From: Octopus bimaculoides
Lineage: Eukaryota
Reading direction: 5' to 3'
DNA length: 64,000 bases
Assembly (NCBI RefSeq): GCF_001194135.2
Contig: NC_068989.1
Span: 93,980,851 to 94,044,850, forward strand
Shown here piece by piece: positions 37,533 to 52,458 of the stretch. How positions within the stretch are numbered: position 1 is the stretch's first letter; each line of letters starts with the position of its first letter. The notes beneath the pieces were generated by a model. That model saw only the letters and a program-made list of their open reading frames with translations. It was not told where the DNA came from and did not search any database. The position numbers and the translations under genes were made by a program.

Positions 37533-40500
37533 CACTAAGACACACACACACATACATACACATCCTTATGATATTAAGCATACCATATTCAGTCGGTGAC
37601 GATAAGTAAGAACGGCCTTGGCGTGTGTTATTGATAGCATTCTTAGTAGTTACAGATGTAGATGGAAAACAACATATTCATTCGTTGATCTATTACATTA
37701 TTCATTTTGTTACTGTTCTTTGTTTTTAATTAGAAAGCTGTAAAATTGTGAGAAAACTCAGTATCACTTTATAATTAGACTGGTGTTAGTGACATGGTAT
37801 GTGTTTATAATGAAAGATGCAATTTTATAGAATAGTAATGACATTTGGAAAATATCTGGTATCGACTGCAAAAATTACATTCTTCATTGTGTTATATAAC
37901 AATACACTGCTATACCTCACATAGTCATGAAGCAGGAAATTAGTATTTGCATCACATATGTAACAGTAGAAAGGATAGATGTGATTATATTTTCATTATA
38001 CGCTAGCATAATATGATGGTTGAAAGCAACAATAATTATCTGCTGTGTATATTATGATATGCCACGAGAATCTTCCAGCAACAGCAGTATGTTAGATTTT
38101 GAGTAAGCTGTGTAAATATAATAATTGTACGACAGACAGTTATTAATGATAATGAAGCTAGCTATCAGAATAGGACGCGTTTCACATGAAACTATTTAAT
38201 GTATAATATAGCAATATATGATACATATGTACGAAACATATCCAATTGTGAATGAATGTTTAATATCATTAAAGGGTATAGGTTGCAGAAGAAGTCTGAA
38301 ACTCATAATTAATGGTCATATAATACACGAAGTGGAATAAGCGCTTAAATGATACCTACCAACTACTGCCTTCCTTATCCTCACCTAGAACACTAATAGA
38401 TTACTGTTTTTCTCTTATTAGTAATGACGTGATCTACTGCTTCTTAATCGATGAAACTTCCCAGTAGAATCAAGTTTATATCAGTGAATATCGTTCTAGT
38501 AATTTCTTCCTATCTCGCTGTACCATTATGGCATAAATGTAAACGTTGTCGTTCTAGAATTGACCATCGATGTGCTACAGTTACCTGGTGTCACATATTT
38601 TGTAGACTGGGTGAACGACAAATACCAAATGTGTATACTTGACAATAAAACACATTTTATGTCATGAAATTGAAGGGAAGTGTAAAGTTTTAGGCAGATC
38701 TCATAATCGAAGAGGAAAACAATTCCTTCCACGCATAAGAAAGAGCACTGCCTGTGTTTCTCTTCAGGAACTCTGTGAAGAGTACACGAAATAGAAGAGG
38801 TTGATCGATTCTAACAGAGCGGAGACGTAGTCTTAGCGTTACTACACCATTGAAGGGAAACATAGCTGCAATTAAAACCGAATGACTCTATAAATCTGCC
38901 ACGGAACTTTGTTCCTTCAATTTTGTAGAAGTTAAAATGTTATAATAGAAAGCATAAATAATAGCAAAGTATAAATTTGTATTCGTGATCTCATTAAAAT
39001 TGTTATCGTTTTATTTTTATTTTTTTTTTGTGTTAATCATCATTCACCTTGGATGCGCAAATGTATATTCGCATTTTCTGAGTACAGCCAGTCAATTAAC
39101 GATAATCTTCCTCTAGAGTTTTCATGCGAAAATATACCATATTCAAGTGATATAGTTATTTACCAAAGGTTTCTTCTCAGACCATTTCTGAGTGTGATTG
39201 GCTACTTTTTTGTTGTTATTCTCCATCTCAATTCGTAACAAGTGGAAGGTTGGACTGAAGCAAACCAAACCAAAGGACTTCTATATGTCTATCCACTAAG
39301 AGAACAACCCTGGTCAGTACATATTTGTCTACTGCAAGTGTCGCATCGAAACGCAACCGACTTTCTCTGGTTGGTGTTGGTCATTCCACCTTTAAAATGA
39401 CACCTCAAGATATTTTGTTTCAGAGCTGCTAGCTACTGGCATTAGCGTATAGCTTTCTTTCCTCTCTCTTTGAGGGCAATTTTGACAATTGAATTATTTT
39501 GCATATGACAATGAGTCGATCACGTTACTCTTGGTGAGAATGGATGAAGGTGAGAAACGGGAATCATTATGGCAGGAAGTTAACGAAAACGGAGGAAAGA
39601 TGCCTTCTACAAAAGTGCTAATGACCGACATGAAAGGGTACTTCTATGTCACCATCCCAGTTAAATTACAAGTGCAAACCACGCTGCCGTTGACATTAGT
39701 TTCTTTTCTGATTTGGTTCGTGTTTCTATTCTACCCATTTCTGGTGACAATGAAACAAAATCCATTAGTTAATGAATAGCTCCAAACTATAGGAATTTTA
39801 GTAGCGATAACCTATCAGATTTCATGACTTACTTCTATTTACTAAAACATTATAATATATTATTATACTGAATCTACTTAATGCTGGTAGTTTGTTTCTT
39901 TCTTAAGCATCATTGGTGTTTATCACATTCGCAACAAAGGAATTCGAAAGTAATTTTCAGTCATATATAGAGTCGCTCCGAAAGACTATAATGATTTTGT
40001 ATAAATTTATCTCGTTGTAAAAGCATAAACTAGAATTAAAGGGAATATACACTGTCCACGTCTGTTAAAAATCAGTTTGTATAATGCACATAATATTTTG
40101 TGCACGGGGAGAGAATGTAATTCTAGCATTATTCAATTTATAATTATATTTTCATTGTACATCCTAACTCTATATTCTTACTAAAGCGTCATGTTTTGTA
40201 ATTGCTAACAGAAATAAACATAATAGACTTAACAGATGCTGTCAAATAAACTGAAGAATGGTCTTTTATGAAGTAAAACAGAATCATCTTTTGCAGGAGA
40301 CCATCTTTGTCTAAATAATTCCCCTGATTCAATGATTTTTTTCTGTTCATATCGATATTTGAGAGAAAATTGTTACGAATGACCTTATGGAAATTGTTTG
40401 GTTTTCAATCTCAGAGATTCAAGAATAGCAAACGATTGTCATTCGGTTACTGGCAGTTAATAAATTCCCAAATAAATCAAGGTAAAATGTATAATATCAT

Positions 40501-41204
40501 GCAATAAAATATATTTCGAAATTGAATTAGGCAACAGACCAAACATAATCATATTTTACGAGAGGAGAATATGAATAAAAAATTCGTGAATAATATGTCG
40601 TCCGAAACAAAAATATCTATCAAAAGAAGGCGAAAGTAAAGCGAAATAATTTGCAAGACATACATCGTTGCCAGATCACATAGACCTCAAACCAGAATAC
40701 AAAAGATACTTAATATAACTGGAAAAGAACGTCACAGAAATAAACACTCCTGAATTTTATGAGTCTTTAATTTTACACTTTATGTATCACAGCGTAAACT
40801 TTTATAATTTCTATTAGATACAGTCTGTCTAGCACAATTATACACTCTACACACACTCAAACAAATGTAAATATATATCATTCATGGAAAACACGACTCT
40901 GTTCTAGTTTAATTTATTTTATCCAGTTATTTCTATTCTCCTAAGAAGTCCTTGGGGAATGTGCGGTACAGCAGCTTTCTAAAATTCTTCACCATAGTTG
41001 TGTGGTTAAAAAGCTATAAAACCACGGGGTTTCGGCACCGCCATGAAGGCTTTTCGTTGAAAAAACAGGCTCTAGGACTTAATATTTTCAAGAAATAATC
41101 TTGTAAATAATCTATCGGCCTCTTTCACCAAACTATTAATTTAACGGGTACGTAGATAAACCAACCCTGATTCTGAAGTGACAAACACGAACACACACTT
41201 GTGT

Positions 41205-41335
41205 GTATGCGACTGGTTTCCGTCTTGCAAATTAACTTACAAGATATTGATCGGCCCCGAACTATAGTGTCAGACACTTACCGGATGTGCAGCGCAAGTG
41301 GACCCGAAACCATGTGACTGGAATTGGAATTTCTT
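41205..41335 (-). mobile_element. tRNA-related SINE family D, degenerate
   Basis: Reverse complement CACATGGTTTCGGGTCC..AAGTGTCT..ACTATAG..GGCCGA..AGACGGAAAC; related to the 47040, 57350 and 63721 copies. Confidence 0.6.
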
Positions 41336-42329
41336 ATCCCTAAATTCATACCCATAATCACATCTGTAACGGTTAACAATTTGCTTCATCGAACTGGCTT
41401 CTTGGGTGGTATGGGTAGGTTTTTGCTTTTGATAAAATAAAATAATAATAATAATCCTTCTTTTAATGTCGATGTTTTCCGTTCTACATTATGTCGTAGG
41501 ATATGGTTTCATGTCATAGATCTTGTCTTCAGTCTTCTGACATTATCGATAACGTTTTTATATAATATATAACTACAATGAATTTTATTCAAGAAATGCA
41601 TTTAGTTCATTTCTATAGATTTAGAATGACATTCACTTATTGCATTGAATTTGTATTTATATTGCTCTAGAGATCACTTTATTTGTCTATATAAATACTA
41701 TTAATTGGCGAATGCGCGTTTTATTCCGTAGACTTTTAAGCTTGTACTTGCTTTAGAAGGCCGAGTGGCAATGCACTTATTGTCAGAGACATCATCTCAG
41801 ACATTTGATACCTGTGTAGAATATGACTACCTGTGTGTTTTTATCTTAAACGTAGACGAACATTTATATATCATACTTTATTTCAACATAAAAGCTGCGA
41901 GCAGACGGAATCATTATCACATTGGACAAAAGCTTAGTGTTATTCGTTCCGGCTGTTTACATTCTGGGGTCAAATACGGCCAAAGGTAACGTTGATGTCT
42001 TCCATACAGGGTTGATAAAATGAAGCACTGGAGTTGACATACGACTTTCCCCACTCCTCAAAATTGCTGCTTTGTGCCCGTATTACAAAGAAAGTCAACC
42101 TTCTGTATGTTTATGATATTACTGTTACAAATTATATTTGAGAGTCGGGGACATTTTATAGTAGTACAGAGGCGTTCATGGAGATTCCAATAAATCTTTC
42201 CAGAATTCCAAGTATGTCCAAGAAGATATGAAAATTAAGAGAGAGAAAGAGAGAGGGAAGAAAGAGAAGAGAGAGAGAGAGGTTCATTACGTCGACGAAA
42301 AAATGACAAAAAATATAAATGCAGAGAGT

Positions 42330-43080
42330 GAATGTACACATAGGCGAAGTGTATATACGGTTTAGGAGGACTTTTAAACCGATCCACCTACGAGTGTTAG
42401 CATCATACGAATTAGACATCAGTTTGAATCAGATGGAACTGTTCAGAATGCCTTATAGAAATGTTCCGGAAGACTGCGAACATCGACGAGCCACACAAAG
42501 CAAGAAAGGGTACAAGAAAACGGATTGCCTGAGTTAAAAAGAAACCTGTGTAGCAAGTCGTGAGATGAGAATTTCAAAATCAAGCATCCATCGCATTTTG
42601 AAGCGCCGTCACTAGAAAAGTTACATTGCAAAAATGGTCCATGAAGATGATTTAGATCAAAGAGAGGAGTTTTGCGAGAAGTACTTGCTTAAGATGATGT
42701 GCAGAACAAAGTATTGAGTGGTGAGGCTAGATTTAAATCATACGGCTGAATTAACCGCCAAAATTGCACCTACTGTGGATTCGACCATCCGAATATTACG
42801 GAAGAAAATCTTAATATACCTGGAGTTCGTATATGGTGCAGATTATCATCAGAAGGACTAATGGGACCATTGAGTTGGGGGTGGGGGTAACTGGGCCCAA
42901 TTATCTCATACAGCAAGCTGTTATTTAGTTATTCAAGTGGATTTTGAAAGTGTGGTTTTGTAATGGATCATCCACGCGCATATCCAGTTTGACAGGAGAT
43001 GAACGTTGTATAGAATACACTTCATCAACAATCCACGAATTGAGGGCAGCCAACCATTGAATAAGAATGCTCACAAATAG
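42330..43080 (+). pseudogene. Tc1/mariner-superfamily transposase remnant
   Basis: PPTSVSIIRIRHQFESDGTV..SGRLRTST..ISKSSIHRILKR..KSYIAKMVHEDDLDQREEFCE..SGEARFKSYG*INRQNC..PNITEENLNIPGVRIWCRLSSEGLMGP (HTH plus first catalytic-D region). Confidence 0.85.
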
Positions 43081-44311
43081 GGANNNNNNNNNNCTGTGTG
43101 TGTAGGTGTCCGTGTGTCTCTGTGTGTGTAGGTGTCCGTGTGTGATGGTGTCAATAGGTGCTTGTGTAGGTGTGAATAGGTGTCTGTGTGTGAGTGAATA
43201 TGAGCTGCTTGTATACTTCTGATCATGTGCTTCCCTATATCAGGTTATATAATAGACAAAATTATACACACATACTGCCTTGAATGGGTAGCTGAAAGCC
43301 GGGAATACATTCATAGATCGATATTTATTTTCTGTTGTTGATATAAATTATGCTCTTGGCGTATTCTCATTATTTCTTATAATATCCCGTGTAAAAACGA
43401 GCAGCGAAATAAAGTAAAGCTGTGTTATATTCACGTCTGAATAGATGAATACTTCAGAATAATGGGAAATGAAATGAATAACACGGGGAAAGAACTAACT
43501 GAAGAGTTTTTACATTAAATACGATAAGATGCAGTCGGTAGAGCAACGTTCTCGAACAAAAACAAAAAGTGAAAATCGAATACATTGTTATTATTCAGGA
43601 ATTTTCCATAACGTTATTGAATATCGAATGACACCGAAATGTAATATATGGAAACGGAAGGAAAGTCTATACGTTGTTAGAATATACCTAGTATTCTGCT
43701 TAAAGCAAGGATCTAATTATTATTTGGCACGTATAACCAGGCTGAGAGCAGTTAACACTATCGATATACATTGAGTTAAGAAATGCTATAAGACCAGTGA
43801 AGTACCATAAAAAGTTCGTAAGACGTGTTCTTATTGTTAAGACCAAGATGTGTATAGCTGGAGAGAATTTATGCGTTGGTCATTATTGTCATAAAAAGGA
43901 AGCTCACTTTATAGCTATCTATTGCAACCGTTTTGAATATGGAGACAAAGGATCGGGAAACTAATTATGTATACAATAGAAATGAATGGAGACGACAAAC
44001 TTATATAGAAAAGGAAAAGAAATTATAACCTGATATCAATGTAGTGTAAGAATTAAATGAAATCTCCAAAGCATACATATTAGCAAAATGTCAAGTGATC
44101 CTAAAAGTATACGGATTGTTTTTGGTAATGGTCATTGTCATGGTTATAGAAATTGGTTGTCACTTGAAATAAACGGTACAATATAATACATTGCAGAACA
44201 TTCTGAAATGAACTCTGTGTTAAGAGTACAAAAAGGCTAATACACATATAGTGTACGTGTGAGTAGATGTGTGTGTGTGTGTGTGTGTGTGTGTATGCAT
44301 GTATACAAGTG

Positions 44312-44386
<75 letters not shown>

Positions 44387-44817
44387 TTATAATGTATGTA
44401 TGTATCTGTTTATGATGAACAGTCCATATACACATCGAACACTCACCATCAGTGTCATGAGATTTCATACGATCGAACTGTAGTCTTTTCACGATTTTCA
44501 TTACTCATTTCTGGGTCATTAAAATATTGGAAGAAAAAAAATACAACAATAGAACTATGTATGGCGTTGAAAAAACAGACTTGAAAGAACAGCTTATTTG
44601 ATTTTCTTCCTTATATGTCAAGTTGGATAGCTGTCAATATTACAGAATTCCTCTCAGATTAATTAGGTTGTAATTTTGGCCATATTTGATATATTTGCAT
44701 CTCATATCATGTATACTCTGAGATTACAATATACACGGCGGAACTATGTGGAATTATCATAAATATACATACATACGCACATACATTCATATTCATACAT
44801 ATGTGTGCGTATGTATG

Positions 44818-44900
<83 letters not shown>

Positions 44901-46129
44901 AGACTTGAAAGTATATTTATATATAGTCGTAAACTCGACATTGGATATGTTCTTTAATAATCTAAAGTTGAAATATAGAGAAAAAAAATTTTTTATGTTT
45001 CACTTATGACCAAACACGATATAGCACATGGCTCTGAATTAACGTTGGTTAGTGACAATTGAGAAACAACAACTTACGATGAGATCAAAAAAAGCAACGG
45101 TTTGGTATAAATATGAAGGGTTTGTGGGTTATTATAACTAATAAAGCGATAGTACATTCATAGAAGATACAGAAGAAAGGAGGAGAAACAGGATGAGAGT
45201 GAGTCGGAGAGAGAGAGAAAGTATAATATTCTGAAGTTTTCAAGTTTGTTTCTCAATTATAACACAATTTGTGTATTTCCTACGGAGAGGCGGACACATA
45301 TATATGTATATGTACATATACACCTATACACATACATATATCTGTGCGCGCGAGTATCCATATATAGTACATTCATACATATAAACACTATATGTGTGTT
45401 TTTGTGTGTGTATGTATGCATGTATGTATATCTAACCCAGTACAACTTGTTGCATGGCCGGGTCATCCGTGGCTAAACTAGCAACTCCATCAAGCTCGCT
45501 TGTTGAGGAGGGTGGTTGATGGAAACCCTTCAGGACAAGAAATAAGACCTGTCAAAGGGCAGAACAACTCGTGAGCAGTCAACAGGCATCCAACAATATG
45601 TATATATGTATTTATGGGTTCGTATCAAGGCGCGTGGTTGGCTCTTGTCCACGCTCAGAGAGTGGGATTCGATTTGTGCAAGTAAAACAAATCATCATGC
45701 ATAGGCATCACTCGAAAAAATAAGAGCTATCATAAAAATGTATGCTCCTATCCTTTGCATGTGTAGGAGTTTCGATCAGGTGATGGCAATTACTCGAACA
45801 CGAGATTGCAGCCATCATGTATGTATATAAGTATGTATGTATAGAGTAACACTCAAGCAATAATTATGTTCTCTGATGAGTTTGTATATGTTTGTGTAAT
45901 CATAACTAACGGTTCAAAACCACGATAGTGCTCCAACATGACTGCTGATGTATGGCCAAAAGAACAAAAGAATAAAAGATATATATACTAGCACCGTGCC
46001 GTAAAAAATGACGGTTAATTGTAGTAATTTAAATACAAATAACGTACAAGACCAAGATTTTTGCTTGACCTTGAACTCTGCTCGGCTCATTTCTGTTGTT
46101 TACAGTAGTGCTTGGAATGAAGATGTGTA

Positions 46130-46325
46130 GCGTGTGCCCCACCGCGATTGACAACCGGTGTTGGTCTGTTTACGGTTCGTAAAATAGCTGTTTGGAAAAT
46201 TTAACTGATAGAATAAATACCAGGTTTAAAAGAAAGCAAGTACTGGGATCCATTTATTCGACTAAATGTTTTCAAAAGCGGTGCGCAAGCATGGACGCAG
46301 ACAGAAACAAATACAAAAAGATAAG
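46130..46325 (+). mobile_element. SINE-like repeat family C, degenerate
   Basis: GACAACCGGTGTTGG..TGATAGAATAAATACCAGG..TGGGATCCATTTATTCGACTAA..GCGGTGC..GCATGG; matches 49090-49280. Confidence 0.6.
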
Positions 46326-46982
46326 AGATTGACCTATCTTCGAAAGACTTAATATTTTATATGAAATATATCTAATACTGAATTATTATAATTTCCACTA
46401 CAACACGGCACGTAACATTATTTATTTATTTATTCATTTGTTTATTTATTTATTATAAGTTTTGTTTTATTATTAACGACATTGATGAAGTAACATATAA
46501 CGGTGCTTTTAATCACTCGAACTAATTATCATCTGTTTTTCAACATTTCTAAATGAAACATTTTTATTTTAATTGTAATTCTCGAATTCTATTCTGCAAT
46601 AATCAAAATAATCGATTATATTTAAATTAGTATGACTGGTATAATGGCTTTCAGACAACGCTTAAACTAATTGCAACTATATGTCATTACACTTATAAGA
46701 AATTAATCGCTGGTTTGTGGAATGAATAATTAAAATGCATTTCCCTAAGAATTATAATTTATCTGTTGAATTATTATTCTTAAATTATTTATTTTATCGA
46801 AATTTTGTGCATTTTAATTACATCTAAACTTAACACCTCTAGATTCGTAGTGCCCCAAGAAGTATTTCTTTTTGTTTTACGTCGACAATTTCTTCTAATC
46901 TTTACTTTACAAAAGGATACACCGCTGCTTCGATAGAGCACAGAAAAAATGTAATGTGCGTGTGTGTGCGTGTGTGTGTGTT

Positions 46983-47037
<55 letters not shown>

Positions 47038-47039
47038 AG

Positions 47040-47188
47040 CCTTCACGTTTCTGTCAACGACAGACACTCACAAGTTTTTGGTCGCCCTCGAAGATAGAGT
47101 AAAAGACGGTCGGCCGAAGTGGCAGGCAGTGGGACTGAACCCGGAACCATGTTGCTGGGAAAGGAACTTCTTACTGTACAACCACACC
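47040..47188 (-). mobile_element. SINE family D
   Basis: Reverse complement GGTGTGGTTGTACAGTAAGAAGTTCC..CATGGTTCCGGGTTCAGTCCCACTG (B-box-like). Confidence 0.7.
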
Positions 47189-48329
47189 TATTCATTAAAT
47201 ATAATTTGAGTGCATATTATTCTTTTGATTAAGGAGCATACAGTTTTAGACTAATTTGATACTCGATATAGAATGTTTCTCTAAAAATAACATACATCCT
47301 GTTAGTTTTCTGTATTGTCGAAATTTCCATAAATTGTTCTACTATAATAAAACATTTATAGTTCTATCTTTTTTAGTTTATAGTTTTCTATACATATTTT
47401 TCCGTTAAGGACTTTGTAGAATGTAAAATTAGTGACGAATCTATATAATCGCATTTATTCATTTTATATATATCATAATTCGATGTATCTAGTTAGACTT
47501 CTATAATATATCCGAATATATATTTGCAGAGACATCTAGGATATATATATAAAGATTTATTCTATAATACAGTGGGATTTAACGAGGATTGTCATCTTAA
47601 TCTGGCAGCTATTTATATAGCTGCTGAAGAAGATACTTACCGATGATATGTAGCCACCAAATTAGATAGGAATCCATTATTGCACAGTGTTAAGGCATAT
47701 CGTTTTGTCAGTATAATACTGTAAATGTGGAGAGAATAATATTGATTATTCATTCCCTAAGTCGATATATTTCATAGTAGATTATTATAAACTCGAAAAA
47801 GACTGATTTAAAGTTCTAATATAGGTTTCAAAATATATATATCTTAATAGGATTTACTTTTAGGAGAAGTTAATCAAATGAATACAATGCATTAAGAAAT
47901 TGCTTCCAAATATAACATGCATATAGGATTTCATGGGTATATTAAATTATTATTATTATTATCGACGCAACCAAACATGCATTTTAACTTTGCACATTAA
48001 GATTATCTAAAATATGCAATCTTACAAGTCGTTTGGTAATGTTCACAGTGTTTGCTCGTTACTATAGAGGTTTTATATATTCTGCAGAGTAGATTTCAAA
48101 ACCTTGTGTGATTTATGTTAAAGAGCATAGTGGAAACCACTCTGATGGATTTGGCAATAAATAGAAATAAATAGAAATAAATGATTTCATTAAAAAATGG
48201 CAAATTCGTTGAGTAGCGTGCTCTAGAGAGAGATGAATTCTAGATAATCCTCACGGTACTCTGGATTCTTTAATTAGATTCTTTAATTAAATCTAGCATA
48301 ATGTTTTAGCACTTATATGATACGGCTAA

Positions 48330-48690
48330 GTGGAGGCGCAATGGCCCAGTGGTTAGGGCAGCGGACTCGCGGTCATAGGATCGCCGTTTCGATTCCCAGA
48401 CCGGGCGTTGTGAGTGTTTATTGAGCGAAAACACCTAAAAGCTCCACGAGGCCCCGGCAGGGGATGGTGCCGAACCCTGCTGTACTCTTCCACCACAACT
48501 TTCTCTCACTCTTACTTCCTGTTTCTGTTGTGCCTGTAATTCAAAGGGTCAGCCTTGTCACACTGTGTCACGCTGAATATCCCCGAGAACTACGTTAAGG
48601 GTACACGTGTCTGTGGAGTGCTCAGCCACTTGCACGTTAATTTCACAAGGAGGCTGTTCAGTTGATCGGATCAAGTGGAACCCTCGCTAC
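48330..48690 (+). mobile_element. Near full-length tRNA-derived SINE (family B)
   Basis: A box TGGCCCAGTGG (48342-48352), B box GTTTCGATTCC (48386-48396), tRNA-like head; three other copies in the window. Confidence 0.92.
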
Positions 48691-49067
48691 GAATATTCTG
48701 TACTCCAAATTTTATTTTATTTGCAGGCGGTCATTGATAACGCTTCTATCAAAGAAGAATTTTAGCATTTAACAATTTTTTAAATTCGATATTAATTTGG
48801 AACAGACGACATCGAAGTATTAGATTTTATATTTAGAATAACATTGGAGATGTCTAGTTAAATTATACCGATGATTAGACAAGTTTCTCAATATGCGGAG
48901 TAACCAGCATTTAGGAGATAATGGACATACGCTTCATATTTAACACAGACGTATAAAATTATTCAATGAGATTTCATTAGTTTTTTAACAGTATTCCAAT
49001 AACATATGCTTAAAAAAAGTAAAAGAGCAATGACCAATGTATAGATACATACATAATACATTCATAC

Positions 49068-49089
<22 letters not shown>

Positions 49090-49104
<15 letters not shown>

Positions 49105-49280
49105 TGTATGACAACCGATGCTGGTGTGTTTATGTCCCCGTAACTTAGCGGTTTGGCAAAACAGACCGATATGATAAGTACTAGGCTTAGAAAGAATAAG
49201 TCCTGGGGTCGATTTATTTGACTAATTGCGGTGCCCCATCATGGCCGCAGTCAAATGACAAACAAATGAAAGAATAAAGG
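49090..49280 (+). mobile_element. SINE-like repeat family C
   Basis: GACAACCGATGCTGGTGTGTTTATGTCCCCGTAACTTAGCGG...GGGGTCGATT..GCGGTGCCCCATCATGGCCGCAGTC, then an A-rich tail. Confidence 0.7.
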
Positions 49281-50419
49281 TATATATAGATATATACACA
49301 CACACATACACACACACACACACACAAATATAGCAGCATATATATTGTGCATACATGTAAATAGGGGGTTATTTTCCTATTAACAATTCACTGTTAATCA
49401 TTAGAGGCATTTACGTAATATAAATCAGCAAATTTCAACTAATTACATTAAAGTGAAAACACCGAAAACATCAAAACGTTATTTATAATAGAAAATAGGG
49501 GTAAGAACTGATGATCGGTGAAAAGCTTGCATTTGCTGTGATTGCATTCAGACAAATGTGTGAGAAATACTACAATAAATGTATAATGAAAATACACAAC
49601 AAAATCAAACCTAAAAGGAAATGATTTGATGGTAGTAATATTTCTCAATTTGAACCCTAAACATCTGAAGATGATTTCCACCAGTAACTGAATTTTATCT
49701 AATGATGTCTTTAAAAACGGAAATGTTATTGTAATGTATCATGCTGTCCCCGCATAACAGTTAATAAATTGAAGGAAAATGACACAGTTATAGGTTGACA
49801 ATAGAGACCAAACTCATATGATTGATTTTTATTTTCTGTCTCCACTGGCGTAAAGTCATATTTCGTATTACTCTAAAGTTATCGATATTTAGTTTCAAGT
49901 CTCCCATTCCTATTTCAGTAAGATATTCACAGATGATCCTCTCCCTCAAAGCAACACATTTCGATATTTTTCGTTCATTTACTGTCTCGATATCTAATTG
50001 AATTCCTCCATCATCTCACGTCGTGCATAATAGATATCTCTTTCAAATAGAGCTTTATTTAGGGTTATCGTATTGGGATTTGAGAAATCTCATTCAATGC
50101 GTTCAGCCGTGTACAGTGGATCACTTTCCAGACACAGTGTATCTAAGACAACATTCACCATCATATGTGGTCTGCTATAAAATTTAATAGTATGGGTTTT
50201 GAGGGAGAATTGGTTTTGATGAGAAATCCTGCAGAGGTTCCATAATGCTTCGTGTCCTCGTTGTGTGTGTGTGTGTGTGTGTGTGTGAATGAATTTGTTA
50301 CTTTAACTCCTCCAAGACTATCCAACAGACCTAGATGAAACTTGACACTTGTCAAGTTATGCCCATGCGGTCACTTTACGCACTTGAAATTTTAAAAACT
50401 CGATTTTTACTCAGCAAGT

Positions 50420-51290
50420 CTTTTTTCAAAATTCGTAAAATTTCGGCATTTTTCGCGCTAGCCATCGTAACATGAATTTGACGGAAAATTCCGAAATTTG
50501 ATCAAAAATAGTTCATGGGTATAAACAGAGAGCTTATTAACGGTAATCTATTTGGCATTTACTAATTATTCATTTCAATGTGAATTGTTTTGATTTGCTA
50601 AAACTTATTTCAATTCGTTGTTTTAATTCCCCAGCGTTTCAGACTTTGATTAAGTAAGACCATTTTATTTCTCTAGCAAAATTTAGGCATTTTCGCAATA
50701 GTCGTCGTGACATCAATTTGAACAAATCTGTCACAAAGCGTAAAATTTCGCAATTTTACGCAAATGTATAAAAATTACAACGACACCGGTTCGCTACCAG
50801 ACTCTGCTAATTTTTTCGTCAAATTGGTCCTATCCATTAATATAGACTTTAATTGTTTGTAAAACGCCGAGATTTGACGAGAAATGTCTCATGGCTATCA
50901 ACAGACATCTTATTAAAAGTAACTTATTTAGCATTTGCTAATTTTGCATTCCAATGCGAATTATTTTGATTTCCTAAATCTTATTATTTCAATTACCCAG
51001 CGTTTCAGATTTTGATTAGATAAGGGCATTTTATTTCTCAAGCAAAATTTAGGCATTTTGCATATTAGCCGTCGTGACAACAATTTCACGAAATCTACCG
51101 CAAAGCGTAAAATTTCGCCATTTTACATACATGCAAAAATGACGATGACACAGGTTCGCTACCTGACTCGGCTCATTTTTTCGTCAAATTGGTCTTAGCC
51201 ATTAATATAGATTTAAAAGTTTTGAGAAAAGTCGAAATTTGACAAAAAATGTTTCTCATGGCTATTAACAGACATCTTATCGGTAATGTA
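50420..51290 (+). repeat. Tandem array of ~370-bp units (two full units plus a partial)
   Basis: Equivalent CTTAT anchors at 50533, 50909 and 51276 (periods 376 and 367); units are colinear throughout. Confidence 0.9.
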
Positions 51291-51307
51291 TTACCGAGTT
51301 TCTCAGC

Positions 51308-51356
<49 letters not shown>

Positions 51357-52458
51357 TATATACATGTATGTAAATTTTTTATATTTATCGCTATAAACAC
51401 TTGATGCTAGTGTGTAATATGTCAAATGGATATATATATATTTCATTTGGTGCAAAATTTCAAGAGTTGTACAAATAATTATGCACATGTGAAAAATGAA
51501 TTGATGATTAGCCTAGACTGACGAAACGAAACATTAAAATATATCATTCTGATTTATTATATAAATTAAGAATAATTGGTTATTTTGTTTGCTTAGATTT
51601 CCTCTAAAAAGTAAATACATGAAAAAAGAAACCTTCTAACTCAAAAGGATGTGATATTTTAATTATCCTTGATAGTCCTCATAACGTGTGAATGCGCTTA
51701 GAAGAATTGTACCATTCCGAAACCCACCATTCAGTTATTAGAAGCTATAAATATCTTCGGGGATTTATTTTGAAATCGAAATCTCCTATCTGAAGAGAAA
51801 CAGAAGCACGATGTCATTTCTGGAACAATGATATGAATAAATATTAGACATATACAAATGATATTCGTAGAATAATTTTTAGCACTCGCACATACACCCA
51901 CTGAAAACACACACTCATCTGTGTTTGTGTGCACACAATTACACTCACGCACGCAGACACATGTGTGTATATATGTATTAACATAAAGATAACTGAGTTA
52001 GTGGGTACATTAACCGTCTAAGGTGTAGAAGTATCCATTATATTACCAGTATATTACCTATGTTTAACCATGGGCATACATATGCAAACATTTTATGCTC
52101 ATAAATTATAGGTAAAGACAAGGATAAACATGAGGTTATCAACAATCAAAATTTAAAGAAAACAGAAAAATATTGATGAACAACAAATGACTTGCATCAA
52201 TTATTATTCGTTAATTAATAACTAAAAATTGATGTAAGTCAAATGTTTTTCATCAATATTTCTCCATTTTCACTTATATGTATATATATATATAGAGAGA
52301 GAGAGAACGAGAGGTAATGGTGTCTAGAAGACCCAAAGGTGTCAGGTAATGCTGAGTAAGTGCTACGGACAGACTATAGTTAAGCTCCAGGTTCGGTGAT
52401 TATGCGAATGAGGAGCCCAACGTAGGTCATATACCAGCATGCGTATATACAAAAAAAT

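Noticed and set aside
38770-38800. CTCT-GTGAAGA-GTACAC-GAAA-TAGA-AGAG hammerhead-like string
   Set aside because: Core C3 missing, stem II and stem III not formable; likely chance
39240-39780. ORF 39489..39779 and minus-strand Cys-containing snippets (VVCTCNLTG, RCDTCSRQIC) as a possible host exon
   Set aside because: Stops close by in the same frames, no recognisable domain, no convincing splice-site pair
43500-44200. Possible degenerate LINE RT region
   Set aside because: Motif resemblance too weak to support
48330-48410. tRNA-like sequence with A and B boxes
   Set aside because: Continues into a SINE body repeated elsewhere in the window and has no proper acceptor stem; it is a SINE head, not a tRNA gene
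49505-49530. CTGATGA-TCGGT-GAAA
   Set aside because: No stem II or stem I pairing; expected by chance
50420-51290. CRISPR-like or other prokaryotic repeat-spacer array
   Set aside because: Units are long, diverged, contiguous tandem repeats without unique spacers, in a eukaryotic context
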